The notes: generated from the letters alone by a model not told the origin. Shown: positions 10,821 through 23,959, numbered from the whole stretch's first letter. The stretch is 63,970 nt of DNA, filler included, from Octopus bimaculoides (GCF_001194135.2; 5 parts of 4 records of this genome joined end to end with filler, not necessarily neighbours in it), one strand, 5' to 3'. Numbers and translations: made by a program.

Positions 10821-11707
10821 NNNNNNNNNNNNNNNNNNNNNNNNNNNNNNNNNNNNNNNNNNNNNNNNNNNNNNNNNNNNNNNNNNNNNNNNNNNNNNNN
10901 NNNNNNNNNNNNNNNNNNNNNNNNNNNNNNNNNNNNNNNNNNNNNNNNNNNNNNNNNNNNNNNNNNNNNNNNNNNNNNNNNNNNNNNNNNNNNNNNNNNN
11001 NNNNNNNNNNNNNNNNNNNNNNNNNNNNNNNNNNNNNNNNNNNNNNNNNNNNNNNNNNNNNNNNNNNNNNNNNNNNNNNNNNNNNNNNNNNNNNNNNNNN
11101 NNNNNNNNNNNNNNNNNNNNNNNNNNNNNNNNNNNNNNNNNNNNNNNNNNNNNNNNNNNNNNNNNNNNNNNNNNNNNNNNNNNNNNNNNNNNNNNNNNNN
11201 NNNNNNNNNNNNNNNNNNNNNNNNNNNNNNNNNNNNNNNNNNNNNNNNNNNNNNNNNNNNNNNNNNNNNNNNNNNNNNNNNNNNNNNNNNNNNNNNNNNN
11301 NNNNNNNNNNNNNNNNNNNNNNNNNNNNNNNNNNNNNNNNNNNNNNNNNNNNNNNNNNNNNNNNNNNNNNNNNNNNNNNNNNNNNNNNNNNNNNNNNNNN
11401 NNNNNNNNNNNNNNNNNNNNNNNNNNNNNNNNNNNNNNNNNNNNNNNNNNNNNNNNNNNNNNNNNNNNNNNNNNNNNNNNNNNNNNNNNNNNNNNNNNNN
11501 NNNNNNNNNNNNNNNNNNNNNNNNNNNNNNNNNNNNNNNNNNNNNNNNNNNNNNNNNNNNNNNNNNNNNNNNNNNNNNNNNNNNNNNNNNNNNNNNNNNN
11601 NNNNNNNNNNNNNNNNNNNNNNNNNNNNNNNNNNNNNNNNNNNNNNNNNNNTATATATATATAGTATATTGTATATATATGTGTGTATGTATATATATGT
11701 GTGTATG

Positions 11708-11758
<51 letters not shown>

Positions 11759-13369
11759 GGTGCTATAACAAGATGCATATATGTGTGTGTGTGTGTGTTT
11801 GTTGTGTCTATGTGTTTATGTGAATGTGCGGGTGGATGGATTGATGAATGTATACATCAACAATAACAACAAAAACAAAGCGAATCCATAAGAACATCAG
11901 CAGCAGCAACAATCACGCTGCACGTGAGCTACGTAACCACGAGGTCAAGATCCGCCAGTTGCGAAGTAAAATACAAATATTCCTTTATATGCGCGCGCAA
12001 GTGTGTATGTGTGTGTGTGCATTTGTGTATTTCTGTTTCTGTGTGCGTAACACCAATTCAACCCTGGTGGCATTAGCTATTGACTCCGTCAATTACGCTG
12101 TCAAATATGTCAGTTTTGTGTTCCTGCGTCAAAACAGTCATTTTCAATCTTTCAACGCCAAAAACTGTGTAACTGTAGAGTCTCTTATATCCTGGAATGC
12201 ATGGCTTTAGTATTATTCCATTAAATCCAATCACTCATGTTGAATCTTTTTTCAGTTTAAACTGCGGCTTTGAATCTGATCGGAGTTTTCTCTCTTCAGT
12301 ATTTCTCACCGAAGAAGGCTAAAGAGTCAGAAACGAGCATCTGGGTATTGGTTAGAGGGAAGCACTGAGCAGATACGGTGTTTTCACACATTTCTACCGT
12401 AAAAGAGCATTTTATTTTTCTCCGCGTTCTCTGCAGTGAATTTGTCGTTAGAAGTAAAAATATGTTAGAAACGTATTTTAACTAACCTAAAGTTAGATCA
12501 TGGGATTGCACCTAGAAAGTTACCCTTTGAGGCACAAGATCGACGCTCTAACCACTGAGCCATGCATATATATGTACTCATATANNNNNNNNNNNNNNNN
12601 NNNNNNNNNNNNNNNNNNNNNNNNNNNNNNNNNNNNNNNNNNNNNNNNNNNNNNNNNNNNNNNNNNNNNNNNNNNNNNNNNNNNNNNNNNNNNNNNNNNN
12701 NNNNNNNNNNNNNNNNNNNNNNNNNNNNNNNNNNNNNNNNNNNNNNNNNNNNNNNNNNNNNNNNNNNNNNNNNNNNNNNNNNNNNNNNNNNNNNNNNNNN
12801 NNNNNNNNNNNNNNNNNNNNNNNNNNNNNNNNNNNNNNNNNNNNNNNNNNNNNNNNNNNNNNNNNNNNNNNNNNNNNNNNNNNNNNNNNNNNNNNNNNNN
12901 NNNNNNNNNNNNNNNNNNNNNNNNNNNNNNNNNNNNNNNNNNNNNNNNNNNNNNNNNNNNNNNNNNNNNNNNNNNNNNNNNNNNNNNNNNNNNNNNNNNN
13001 NNNNNNNNNNNNNNNNNNNNNNNNNNNNNNNNNNNNNNNNNNNNNNNNNNNNNNNNNNNNNNNNNNNNNNNNNNNNNNNNNNNNNNNNNNNNNNNNNNNN
13101 NNNNNNNNNNNNNNNNNNNNNNNNNNNNNNNNNNNNNNNNNNNNNNNNNNNNNNNNNNNNNNNNNNNNNNNNNNNNNNNNNNNNNNNNNNNNNNNNNNNN
13201 NNNNNNNNNNNNNNNNNNNNNNNNNNNNNNNNNNNNNNNNNNNNNNNNNNNNNNNNNNNNNNNNNNNNNNNNNNNNNNNNNNNNNNNNNNNNNNNNNNNN
13301 NNNNNNNNNNNNNNNNNNNNNNNNNNNNNNNNNNNNNNNNNNATATATATATATATACATATATATATA

Positions 13370-13734
13370 TCAGGTTGAGTAAAAAGTATGCAACGTTTTG
13401 AACCATGAAGAATGTGCACCGGATTTTTGCAGTTTTTAATCTTTTTTAAACATTTTTCTTTTTGTTTTTGCAATTGTATGATAATACAGACAAAGACTTG
13501 CCCAAATGCATCAATAAATTAACATTGATACTTTTATCGCTGTTGTCACAATCATCTGAAATGGAACTGTCGAAGCGCGATATTCGAGTAATTTTGCTAT
13601 TCAACTTCAAAAAAGGACGTAAAGCAGCTGAAACTAATCGCGACACCAACAAAACGTTTGGTGAAGAAATGACCAGTGAGTGGTCAGTTCAAAAAAGGTT
13701 TAAACGATTTCGCAATGGAGACCTGAGCCTTGAA
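13370..13734 (+). mobile_element. Mariner (Hsmar1/cecropia-like) 5' fragment with TIR and N-terminal HTH
   Basis: TIR-like tcaggttgagtaaaaagtatgcaacgttttg; ATG at 13561 reads MELSKRDIRVILLFNFKKGRKAAETNRDTNKTFGEEMTSEWSVQKRFKRFRNGDLSLE. Confidence 0.85.
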
Positions 13735-13946
13735 TATGTACGTATTCATGTACGGATATATAATATAATATGTACGTATATATAAATATGTACGTACATG
13801 TGCCAGTAAAGTTACTCACCACATCAAAGTGGCCGTCTCCTGTTACAACTAGTTTAACCCCAGGCAGATCTCCCGCCAGTTGGTAATCGGTGAAACCTGT
13901 ACCCTGTACATATACACGTATGTGTATATGTGTGTGTATATATATA

Positions 13947-13991
<45 letters not shown>

Positions 13992-14059
13992 GTTTGTGTG
14001 TGAGTGTGTGTGTGTCTATATATATGTGTGTGTGTATATATGTATATAGTTCAAATATA

Positions 14060-14290
14060 CAGTAAACAGAACACGAATAAAGGTGAAGGAACAACAAGCA
14101 GGTGCATTAGTTTACCGCTGATTAATGGAATAATCTTCGACGTTTCGAGGCTACGCTCTTGAATGGATTGAGAGGAGGGGAAACGGAGAACGAAATAAAA
14201 CGGAGTGAGAAAAAGTGTGTAGGTATTAACGGTTCAATATAATGAAATATATATGTATAGTGTAACTAGTGTTGACATAGATGTACGACA
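14060..14290 (-). mobile_element. Second, degenerate copy of the 9383-9655 element family
   Basis: Minus strand aagagcgtagcctcgaaacgtc...taaactaatgcacctgcttgttgttcc. Confidence 0.5.
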
Positions 14291-14929
14291 GCTACTGTCA
14301 AATATGTATGTATGCAATTCAGTTTATTTCAAGATTTCTTGCCAATAGAGAAAGAACCGGTTTCTAACCTAGATCTAAANNNNNNNNNNNNNNNNNNNNN
14401 NNNNNNNNNNNNNNNNNNNNNNNNNNNNNNNNNNNNNNNNNNNNNNNNNNNNNNNNNNNNNNNNNNNNNNNNNNNNNNNNNNNNNNNNNNNNNNNNNNNN
14501 NNNNNNNNNNNNNNNNNNNNNNNNNNNNNNNNNNNNNNNNNNNNNNNNNNNNNNNNNNNNNNNNNNNNNNNNNNNNNNNNNNNNNNNNNNNNNNNNNNNN
14601 NNNNNNNNNNNNNNNNNNNNNNNNNNNNNNNNNNNNNNNNNNNCAATTCAGTTTATTTCAAGATTTCTTGCCAATAGAGAAAGAACCGGTTTCTAACCTA
14701 GATCTAAAGTTCCTTCTTTGGAATTTCAACAGCAACAACAGGGTATTTTTGTTTGTATGTATGTATGCATTTATGCCTGTATGTATGTGTGTATGTATGA
14801 ATGAATGAATGAATGAATGCATGTACGCATGTATACAAAGAGACACTGAGTGCGCATGTCAGTGTAGAAGAATGTCACTCAATGTTTTCAATGTCACTTG
14901 TAGTTGTTTCTCTTTGCTTGTTGTGGTTC

Positions 14930-15841
14930 TTGATGACGACGACGACGACGACGACGATGACGATGATGATGATGATGATGACGATGGTGATGATGATAAT
15001 GATGATGATGATGATGATGTTACTGTTGAAACTTACTGTTCTTATTGTTTTACGTTTTCTTTTTTTTTGTTGCTGCTTTTTTTTTTTCCTGGCTGCTATT
15101 CTTTCCTGTCGCTGTTGCTATTGTTATTGTTGTTGCTCAGTGTTGCTTTTATTGTCATTGTTGCTATCGTCATCGTCGTCGTTGTTGTTGTTTTTGTTGT
15201 TGCTGTTGTTCTTAGCACGTCCACCATTTTCACCACTTTTTCCACCGTATTAATCTGGTCGCCACTAAATTACACAGTTGCCTGGTGAGCACCAGGCCTT
15301 TAACACTGAATTATAATATACATCGCAGGTCCGCACGCCGCTCAGGCACACTCACCGTCTTAACCGTGTGGCTACCGAACTCACGTGCTCTCTACTCCCA
15401 CCTTTCTCTCCCTCCCTCTCCTTAACAATTCACACTAATATACTGAGGGACTATTGAACATGCACACGTACGTTTGTATGTTTGTGGTGTATGGGTGGGT
15501 ATATGTGCTGTTGCGTATGGAAAGGATATATATATATATGTGTATGTATGTATATAGATATGTGTATATGTATTTATGTACGTATGTATACATGTACGTA
15601 TGTATACATGTACGTATGTATGTAGGTAGGCTTGTATGTGTGTATGTATGTAGGCTTATGTGTATGCACGTATGTATGTATGTATGCACGTATGTACGTA
15701 CGTATGTACGTCCGTATGTAGGTGTATATATGTATGTAGGCATGTATGTATGTATGCATGTATATATGCAAGTATGTTCGTATGTATGTATGTATCTACG
15801 CATGTACGTACGCATGTATGTATGTATGTATGTATGTATGC
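14930..15841. repeat. (GAC/GAT/GTT)n and (TATG)n microsatellite tracts
   Basis: Directly visible at 14930-15200 and 15470-15841. Confidence 0.85.
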
Positions 15842-15941
15842 NNNNNNNNNNNNNNNNNNNNNNNNNNNNNNNNNNNNNNNNNNNNTTAATTAATTAANNN
15901 NNNNNNNNNNNNNNNNNNNNNNNNNNNNNNNNNNNNNNNNN
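15842..15941. other. Artificial scaffold spacer (44 N + TTAATTAATTAA + 44 N)
   Basis: Same construct as 7998-8097. Confidence 0.95.
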
Positions 15942-16195
15942 ATTGGTTGTCAAGCGATGTTGGGGGTGGGGGTGGGGGGACAAACACAGACACACAAACA
16001 CACACATATATATATATACATATACATGTATACAATGGGCTTCTTTCAGTTTCCGTCTACCAAATCCACTCACAAGGCTTTGGTTGGCCTGAGGCTATAG
16101 TAGAAGACACTTGCCCAGGGTGCTACTCAGTGGGACTGAACCCGGTACCATGTGGTTGGTAAGCAAGCTACTTACCACACAGCCACTCCTGCGCC

Positions 16196-16196
<1 letters not shown>
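15942..16196 (-). mobile_element. SINE family A, 5' half
   Basis: Reverse complement of the family A head and CORE-like region. Confidence 0.85.
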
Positions 16197-16249
<53 letters not shown>

Positions 16250-16375
16250 TATATATGTAAATTTGTTATGTAAATAATAATAATAATATCTTATAAGCAA
16301 ACGCTGTGTATTGACTGAAGAAAATAGTTTAATATTGGAGCATATAAACCTTCAACAGAAAAAGGCAGAGTTTTC

Positions 16376-16447
16376 CTTACACGTGGGACTTGAACCCACA
16401 CCAATATTATTTTGCAATTAGTGTGCTACCATTACACCAACGTGCCC
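16376..16447 (-). pseudogene. Degenerate tRNA-like sequence (probable SINE head or tRNA pseudogene)
   Basis: Minus strand tggtgtaatggtagcac (A box) and gtgggttcaagtcccac (T arm/B box); anticodon and acceptor stems do not pair well. Confidence 0.45.
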
Positions 16448-16538
16448 TCTCGCTTCTTTCCATCAGCCTTAAGAACTATAATTTCATAATGTTGTTTTTA
16501 TAAACAAATGTGTGTTTTCTGCAATGATTTGGTAAGTA

Positions 16539-17500
16539 CAGACTGTTCTCATTTAACAACATTTAACAACGTCTAAAAACATTAAACTACCTTTAACAAC
16601 AAATTTAATGACCACTTGGAGTTACGACGAACTTTACGAGCCGTCATTACATATTTTACAAAATAGAACTTGAGGCAATGGATCTAAATTTTGAGCAATT
16701 TTCCAAGGTGGAAAGGCAGACAACTGAATTTTTCCTATGTTATCGAGATATTTATGATGAAAAAAAGAAGATAACAAAGCAAACAACACTGACAGGATTT
16801 TTAATGCATTTTGATTTCAAGAATGAGTTGTTTTTGTAATTTTTATCCAAAGTAAAACAAAGTTATTATGTTTGAGTTTCCTTTAAACCTTTTCACCTTT
16901 TCTACATAATCCTGAGAAAAGTTTATTAGGCATCTTATGTACTGGGCCTGGAATCACAAACATACTTACGATGTCTGAGCTACAATAATACAACATCCAT
17001 ATCCTAACTTTCAAGGTTTTCCTTGTGATAATCTTACTGTTACTTATTCATTTTTCAACAATTTATGTTAGTGATTCTTGGCCCTGTAATGCATATACTT
17101 TATACAGTACGGTATTCTGTTTTTATATGTACGTACAGTACACTATACTCTTTTACTCTTTTACTTGTTTCAGTCATTTGACTGCGGCCATGCTGGGGCA
17201 CCGCCTTTAGTTGAGCAAATCGACCCCAGGACTTATACTTTGTAAGCCTAGTACTTATTCTATCGGTCTCTTTTTGCCGAACCNNNNNNNNNNNNNNNNN
17301 NNNNNNNNNNNNNNNNNNNNNNNNNNNNNNNNNNNNNNNNNNNNNNNNNNNNNNNNNNNNNNNNNNTAGTAAGCAAGCTACTTACCACACAGCCACTCCA
17401 AAAAAAAAAATACGTATCCTATGAATATTCGTTTAACGACAAATTTGCTTAACGACAGGGCTGTTGGAACGTAACTCGGTCGTTAAATGAGGACAGTCTG
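16539..17500 (+). mobile_element. Tigger/pogo-type non-autonomous element with TIRs and TA TSD
   Basis: ta|cagactgttctcatttaacaac ... gtcgttaaatgaggacagtctg|ta (22/24 match including TA); internal LEAMDLNFEQFSKVERQTTEFFLCYRDIYDEKKKITKQTTL resembles the Tigger/TIGD C-terminus. Confidence 0.85.
17148..17399 (-). mobile_element. SINE family A nested in the Tigger element
   Basis: Family A tail and head flank an N gap. Confidence 0.8.
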
Positions 17501-17529
17501 TAGTGTCAATTTTACAATTCTGTAAATAA

Positions 17530-19028
17530 TCTATATATATAAAGATGAGAATGTGTGTCTGTGAGTCTGTCTGTGTGAATCCCTAAAACTTGAGAACTAC
17601 ACAACCAATTTCATTCAAATTTTACACATGCCTTACTTAGGGTCCAGGTAGTGTTTTAGGCCAAAAATTTTTTTTAACTTCTTGCCTAGTGCGAGCCCAG
17701 TGCAATATCACATCTCCTCTACTATTGCAGTATTGCGTCTCAAAAGTGAAACAATAACATCTCTCTATTCTAATGTCAGACACTTTCACTTTAATAGTTT
17801 CTCTTTAATACTGAAACTAATAAAGTGAAACTATTATCTCACATATATACATTAACTATAAAAACAGTCTGGTAACAAAATATAAACTGAAGCTAGAACT
17901 TATTAAAATATTCTTATTGTTTCTTCAACTTACCGGACAAGGGGTCCTGGGTCCTTTTACTGCAGGCAAAGGAGTAAAAAAGGAAGATATTTTGACTTGT
18001 CTGGGCAATGCTATTACAGACAAACTAACAGTTCAACTCAAGAGATAGACACAAATCACCTCGTGCTGACTGCAAAACTCCCGCCAAATTAGCCAGAAAC
18101 ACACACACACACATACGCATGTGCACATCCATTTCATATATCTTCTTTCAATTTTTTCTCTCTGCAAATAAAATTTTTACGGATACAACTGCTTACAAAA
18201 ATAGGGATTAATATATAATTTCTTTCTATGTTCATAATCAAATCAATGTTTTCATGATTAGACACAGGTATAATACAATAACTCTCACAAACACACTACG
18301 TACAAATTCGTTCTTCAGGAGTTTTCAAACTACATAATAGGCACAGTTGTCGGATTAAGACACGAGGGTGTTTTGAGGGAGATTTGGCTGCTATTTCTAC
18401 CAGGTCTACCTACCATGTAGAGGTCTGATCTTAATTTTCATTCACATATTTGCATTTCAAAAATTAAACATAATCCTTTCCATAAATCAACTATCGTAAA
18501 CATTTTCTATGATGACATTTTCTATGTATGTGTGTGTACCTTAAAAGACATCAATCATCATGACATACACCTTCACTCACTCACTCAAACTCTCTTTCTC
18601 ACCCTCTTTCTCTTTCACATACACACACGCATGCATGCACACACATACACACATCCATTTCATATATCTTTCAATTTCTGCCCTCTGCAAATAAAATTTT
18701 TTACGGATACAATTGCTTACAAAAATAGGGATTAATGTATAATTTCTTTCTATGTTCATAATTAAATCAATGTTTTAATGATTAGAGAGATATCCAATAG
18801 AATAGCTCTCAGAAACACACAACATACAAATTCGTTCTTCACAACTCCTGAAGCTGTTTTCTAACAAGAGGGTGGGGAGTCAGGAAATTTTCATACAGCT
18901 GGCGGCTCCAATCGAAACAGGGGACACGAAATGAGGGTTGAGAAATGCTGTTATAGATTATACCTAACTGAAAACGATCATGGCCACATCATTCAAACAG
19001 ACCCAGTGAAACCGGGCTTAGCTGCTAG
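17530..19028 (+). mobile_element. Non-autonomous Helitron
   Basis: 5' a|TCtatatatataaag; 3' GC-rich hairpin-like cccagtgaaaccggg followed by gctgCTAG|t; inserted between A and T with no TSD. Confidence 0.7.
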
Positions 19029-19299
19029 TATTTTATAAAACTTAAAACTTTTAAGCATACACAGAGGAAGCTTGTATTCATTCACTTGTTCTATGAGCAA
19101 GTGTTAGGGTGAATATGTGATCTATCGTACTATAGTTCTTATGGAAACCTGCCTGCTGTTACGGTTGTTGTCATCACAGTGTTTTGATAGTCTGGTGACT
19201 ATGACGTTTGCAAACAGCTTTTAGAGATGAGACAAGAGGCATATAGAACAATAGTTTTAAAAATTTTCTTTCTTACCCTTCTTATGAAGCAGGATGGTA

Positions 19300-20355
19300 T
19301 TTGACTCTTTCCACAGTGAGGGTACTTTAAGTGTTAATATTTCCAATGAGAAAAAACTCAAGCTTATCTAAGGAAGAAGTAGATATACTGGTTGCTAAAA
19401 AATCCATAATTGAATTTGAAGGAAAATAGTGGGTAAGGAAAGATAGACCTGATCAGTTCAACATTACCATGGTCTCCAGTGATTCTACTCAAGTAATGGA
19501 CTTAATGGGAATTTATATTTGAAAATATATTAACAGTGAATTTGCGCAATTGGGCAGGGGTGAGGGGTGGATTATGTAGGGTTGTTGCTTTCTAGTAATG
19601 TCAATAAAGAAAAATTCTGGAAAAAACTCTTTAAATCATTTAAGATCTAGTTCTGCCTAAGTGAAACTTCGTAGTATTTTCGAGCGAGATCGTTGCCAGT
19701 GCCCCTGGACTGGCTCTTGTGCGGGTAGCACATAAAATACACCATTTTGAGCGTGGCCGTTGCCAGTACCGCCTGACTGGCCTTCATAGGATTTTTGAGC
19801 GAGATCGTTGCCAGTGCCCCTGGACTGGCTCCTGTGAGGGTGGCACATAAAATACACCATTTTGAGCATGGCCGTTGCCAGTACCGCCTGACTGGCCTTC
19901 GTGCGGGTGACACGTAAAAGCACCCACTACACTCTCTGAATGGTTGGCATTAGGCAGGGCATCCAGCTGTAGAAACTCTGCCAAATCAGATTGGAGGCTG
20001 GTGTTGCCATCCGGTTTCACCAGTCCTCAGTCAAATTATCCAACCCATGCTAGCATGGAAAGCGGACGTTAAACGATGATGATGATGATGATGATGATGA
20101 TAATGTAGACTTTCTAGATGTTAATTTGGATTTTGGGTATGGGAGCATACCAACCAAACCACAAACCCAATGATAACCTTAAATGTATAGATAATAACTC
20201 AAATCATCCTAAAAATATATTACGGGTTCTATCATTAACAATATTTCTCTTCATATATCTAGGCTGTCCACTAATGAAGAAATATTCAAGATTAATGAAA
20301 GGTTCTATAATAATGCCCTAGCAGAAGCTGGGTATAAAGATAAAATTTATTATAT
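19300..20355 (+). mobile_element. Penelope-like element RT relic, interrupted by an RTE 3' fragment
   Basis: Frame-broken peptides FNITMVSSDSTQVMDLMGIYI (cf. FDVTMGSYDGAEVCELVGLYI), DFLDVNLD, YQPNHKPNDNLKCIDNNSNHPKNIL and SRLSTNEEIF...YNNALAEAGYK. Confidence 0.75.
19678..20102 (+). mobile_element. RTE LINE 3' UTR fragment with a 115-bp tandem duplication and (GAT)n tail
   Basis: Reverse complement of 24868-25150; ends catgctagcatggaaagcggacgttaaac(gat)n. Confidence 0.85.
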
Positions 20356-20565
20356 AAATGTGAGTGTATGTGGTTATGAATGTATGTTTAGCCCCAAAAG
20401 GCTTAGAAACAGTGCTAACTCAAGAAAAACAAATTCAATTTTTGAAATCTGCATCTCACTATCTCTCTTTCTCTATTATTTACCATACTCTTTGACATAC
20501 TCCCTTTGTATATGTAATGATTCTCATGCATAGCTCTCAGTTTGTTAAATTCTGTTCTTCTAATG

Positions 20566-23490
20566 CAGTGTTTTCCAAACTTTTCTTACCAAATTACAGT
20601 ATCACCTACCTAACGGCCAAAAAAATGCTCCATCACCCACCTGTGTAAAAAAAACCCTTACACAACCCCCCACCCCTGTATCATTTGACACATGCTATAT
20701 CGTAGACTCGTTGCCCTGTTAGTGCCATTTGTACTAAATATGTGGTTATTGCGGATTTAGTTTTGCCATTAGTGTCAATAAAATTTGACGTTAACTCTAT
20801 ATTTTTCAGACAGATTAACTTCTAGAAACTTGCGCTTTCTTTTACACAGATTTTCATTTTCACAAATGAACCATTGATCAGAACTACCAATGCACAAATG
20901 ATTAATGATTGTATTATAAAGGAAAAAAATAAAACTTTTTAATGAGAACCATGTGTCTGGTGCAATGCAGCTAGTGCCGATAGATTCGGTTTCAAACTTG
21001 TCAACTTTAGCCACAAATCTCCTCACTGTGTCACATCCAGTTCAATTCTTTTATGGGAAAGTAAAGTTCCACCTTGGTTAAAACCTGATTCAACTAGGTA
21101 TGAGGTAGGGAAAGCAAACAAAAGTAATTTCAGATGTTTTCACCGACTGGGGTAGGAATTCAATATACTCTGGTGGTACCACAAACCTTCTTTGCCATTA
21201 CGGCAATATCACATTGTGGTGTCATTGTCATTTTGTAATTCTGTCATCCTCACAATCGACTGCATCGACCGTAAACAGATTGCTACACCAATTTGGAATA
21301 TTCAGCGCAATAACATCTTGAAATCACTCCACCATGTTATTGTGCAATTGTTGTAAATAGCTGCAATATGTAGTTAAATCCTTGTCAACTAATTCAACTT
21401 TCAAAGAATCAAGTTGTGAAAATTGATGGAATTAACATTTTGAAATGTTAGTCTTAAGCAACATCAATTTTGAAATGAAGGTAGTGATAAATGATTTACA
21501 ATCAAGAGAGTTTTTCTCTTTCCTTGCAATAACTTGTTCAAATAATTTAATTTTGTGAATATATCACAAAGAAAAATGACATCGCACCTTGCAACCATCA
21601 ATGAAGTGGATAGTGGAGTATCTTCAAAGAAAGATATGATTATATGAAACAGTTCAACAAAGTATAAAACATAGTTTCTTTTTGACAGCTAACACACTTC
21701 GGTATGGTATAAAAGTTTAGTATGGTCTTCATCATTTCTCAGACAGAGTTGGTAGAAATTCGATCAAACAAGGGACTGGACTTCAATTTGTTCACAGTCT
21801 TGATAACTAACTGTAGGGCATCATTCAACCTACCATTTATATTTTTTGCCACTAAATACTGTCAGTGTGCCAAGCAACGAACAGTTAGTATCTGGTGGGA
21901 AATTTCATGCTTTAGGAGAGATGAAAAATCTCTGTATCTTCCTATCATCGAAGGGACTCCATAAGATGCACAGGCAAGAATATTACTGAGTGGGATGTTA
22001 TGTTCAAAAAGGAAATACTTGAGAGTGTGAAAAATAGTTGCACCTCTTGAATCAAGCGGCAATTTCTCTGTGAACAGCATTTTCTCACAAGGTTGAAGGT
22101 CTTCGCTAAAATACTGAACATATACCATCATCAAACATTGATTGTCCACAACAGTTGATTCATACACTTATATAGAAAATTCAGAACACTGGAGAATATT
22201 AACGAGCTGATATTTGACATCGTTGGCCATTTCATCGATGCTTCGAGAAATTGTATTATTATTAAGTGGGATCTTCTTCATAATGTTATCAAGTTTTTCA
22301 TGCATAACAGTTGACAAAACCTCTTTGATAACTGGGTGAAGTAATGTTTCTCCAATTATGTGAAACTTCCCAGCAACAAGCAATGCAGTGTTGTATGATG
22401 CAATCAACCCGTCATTCTCCTATTTACTAGTTTCCAGGAGCAGCGTGTTGAATGTTTGTATTTACTTTTTGAAAGAGGAGCTCCATTGCAAAAAGTATGA
22501 TAATGGCTTGTCCTTCTTGTCAGAATGCTTTGCATCAAACTGATACTTCAAGCATGAAGGTTTCATTGCTTCATTGGTCAACAGTTCTGAGGAGAAGGAA
22601 TAAATCCAAATGATAAATAATCACTACTGTACTGTCAACAAATATTCTTGACTGGAGACATCAGTAAAGTGAAATTGTGAAAACGAATTTCTACAGATGG
22701 CATCAGAAAGGCAGTATGGTATTCCCAAAGAGAAGAAGTCAATAGAACAGAGTCAGATGACATGTCTTTACTGGAGCAAATACGGATCTAGTTCGTTTGG
22801 CTGCCAGCATTTTAAAAATTAAAGATTATTGAAAATTTAAAAATTCAGTACATTAATGTACCTTTCCAAGCTAAATTGTTGGAGTTATTCAACTTTTTCC
22901 AGAAAAATGTTTTTAAAAAGTTATAGAGGTTTAAAGTTTGATCATTTTCACCCAGTCAAGAAACATTATTTCAAAGCTGTCATTTTGTGCATGACATCCT
23001 GAAAATAGTACTTGTGTTTTGATATGAAACCACAGAATTACGCATGACATATAACCCCTCATAACTTTTTTATTTTTCGGAGATTTCGGAAAATTTTTGC
23101 GAATTTGAATTCTACACGCGATACTTCATATGATTAAGCCAAAAGAAAAAGAAATTTGTAGTGGAGTGTGATTTAAGGCCTAGGACTATTTGGCTGCTAT
23201 TTCTAGTACGCATGACAACCATCTCAATGATTGACAAAAATATTCAATCGATAAACAAGTCTGCGTTTTTAATACAAAGGGGCACCTTATACGAGTAGTC
23301 AAATCGATAAAAGTGCATCCTTATTCTCAGCATGCCTAGATATCAGTAAATGCAGACTTAATTTCTAAAAATTCATTGTCACCCACAAAATGTTCATATC
23401 ACCCACGAAAATCTCAGATTGACCACCATTTTCTAGAAATTCGCCCATCGCTCACATGTAAGTTGAAATTGCCCACTTTGGGATGCTATG
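20566..23490 (-). mobile_element. Buster-type hAT transposon, both ends present, transposase degraded
   Basis: 8-bp TSD ttcTAatg at 20558-20565 and 23491-23498; TIR-like cagtgttttccaaac / ctttgggatgctatg; minus-strand peptides IGETLLHPVIKEV...IPLNNNTISRSIDEMANDV and MLFTEKLPLDSRGATIF...YGVPSMIGRY (ZBED5/SCAND3-like). Confidence 0.9.
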
Positions 23491-23959
23491 TTCTAATGTT
23501 TACTTTCATTTTATGACAGCTATTACATACAAATCCTGTTTCCTGATTTGGTAAAAATGATCAAACTTTGAACTTCTGTAACATTTGCCTCAAATTTTTC
23601 TGGAATAAATGAATCACAAGTGCAGATTACGCATGAAAAGGTACATTAATATACCAAATTTGAATTTTTTTACTTAATTTTAAATTCTCAAACTCTGTAA
23701 CAGAGACAGTTAAGATCTCTCACCCTCTATTTGTCTATCTGTTTCATTTTCTCTTGGTAAACTTTCTCACTTTCTATAAAAGTATACTGCTTCCACTGAA
23801 TGTGTATGTGTATGCATATGTGTAAGGAATTTCATTACGGTGACAGTGATTTAAAAAAGGTATGTAAAGGATAATTTATTTTAATAGCATACTTTTCTGT
23901 TAATGAATATGATTTTCTTACATACACACGTACACACAAATTCACTTGATGTGGGATAG

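Noticed and set aside
12075-12230. Minus-strand frame with KRLYSYTVFGVE, resembling the BCR/ABR pre-GAP VFGV motif
   Set aside because: No donor at the required position or phase, and the frame ends in a stop.
16376-16447. Functional tRNA gene
   Set aside because: Acceptor and anticodon stems do not pair; treated as a tRNA-like relic. tRNAscan-SE would decide.
19678-19905. Repeat-spacer (CRISPR-like) array
   Set aside because: A simple 115-bp tandem duplication inside a LINE 3' UTR; no unique spacers, no cas genes, eukaryotic context.
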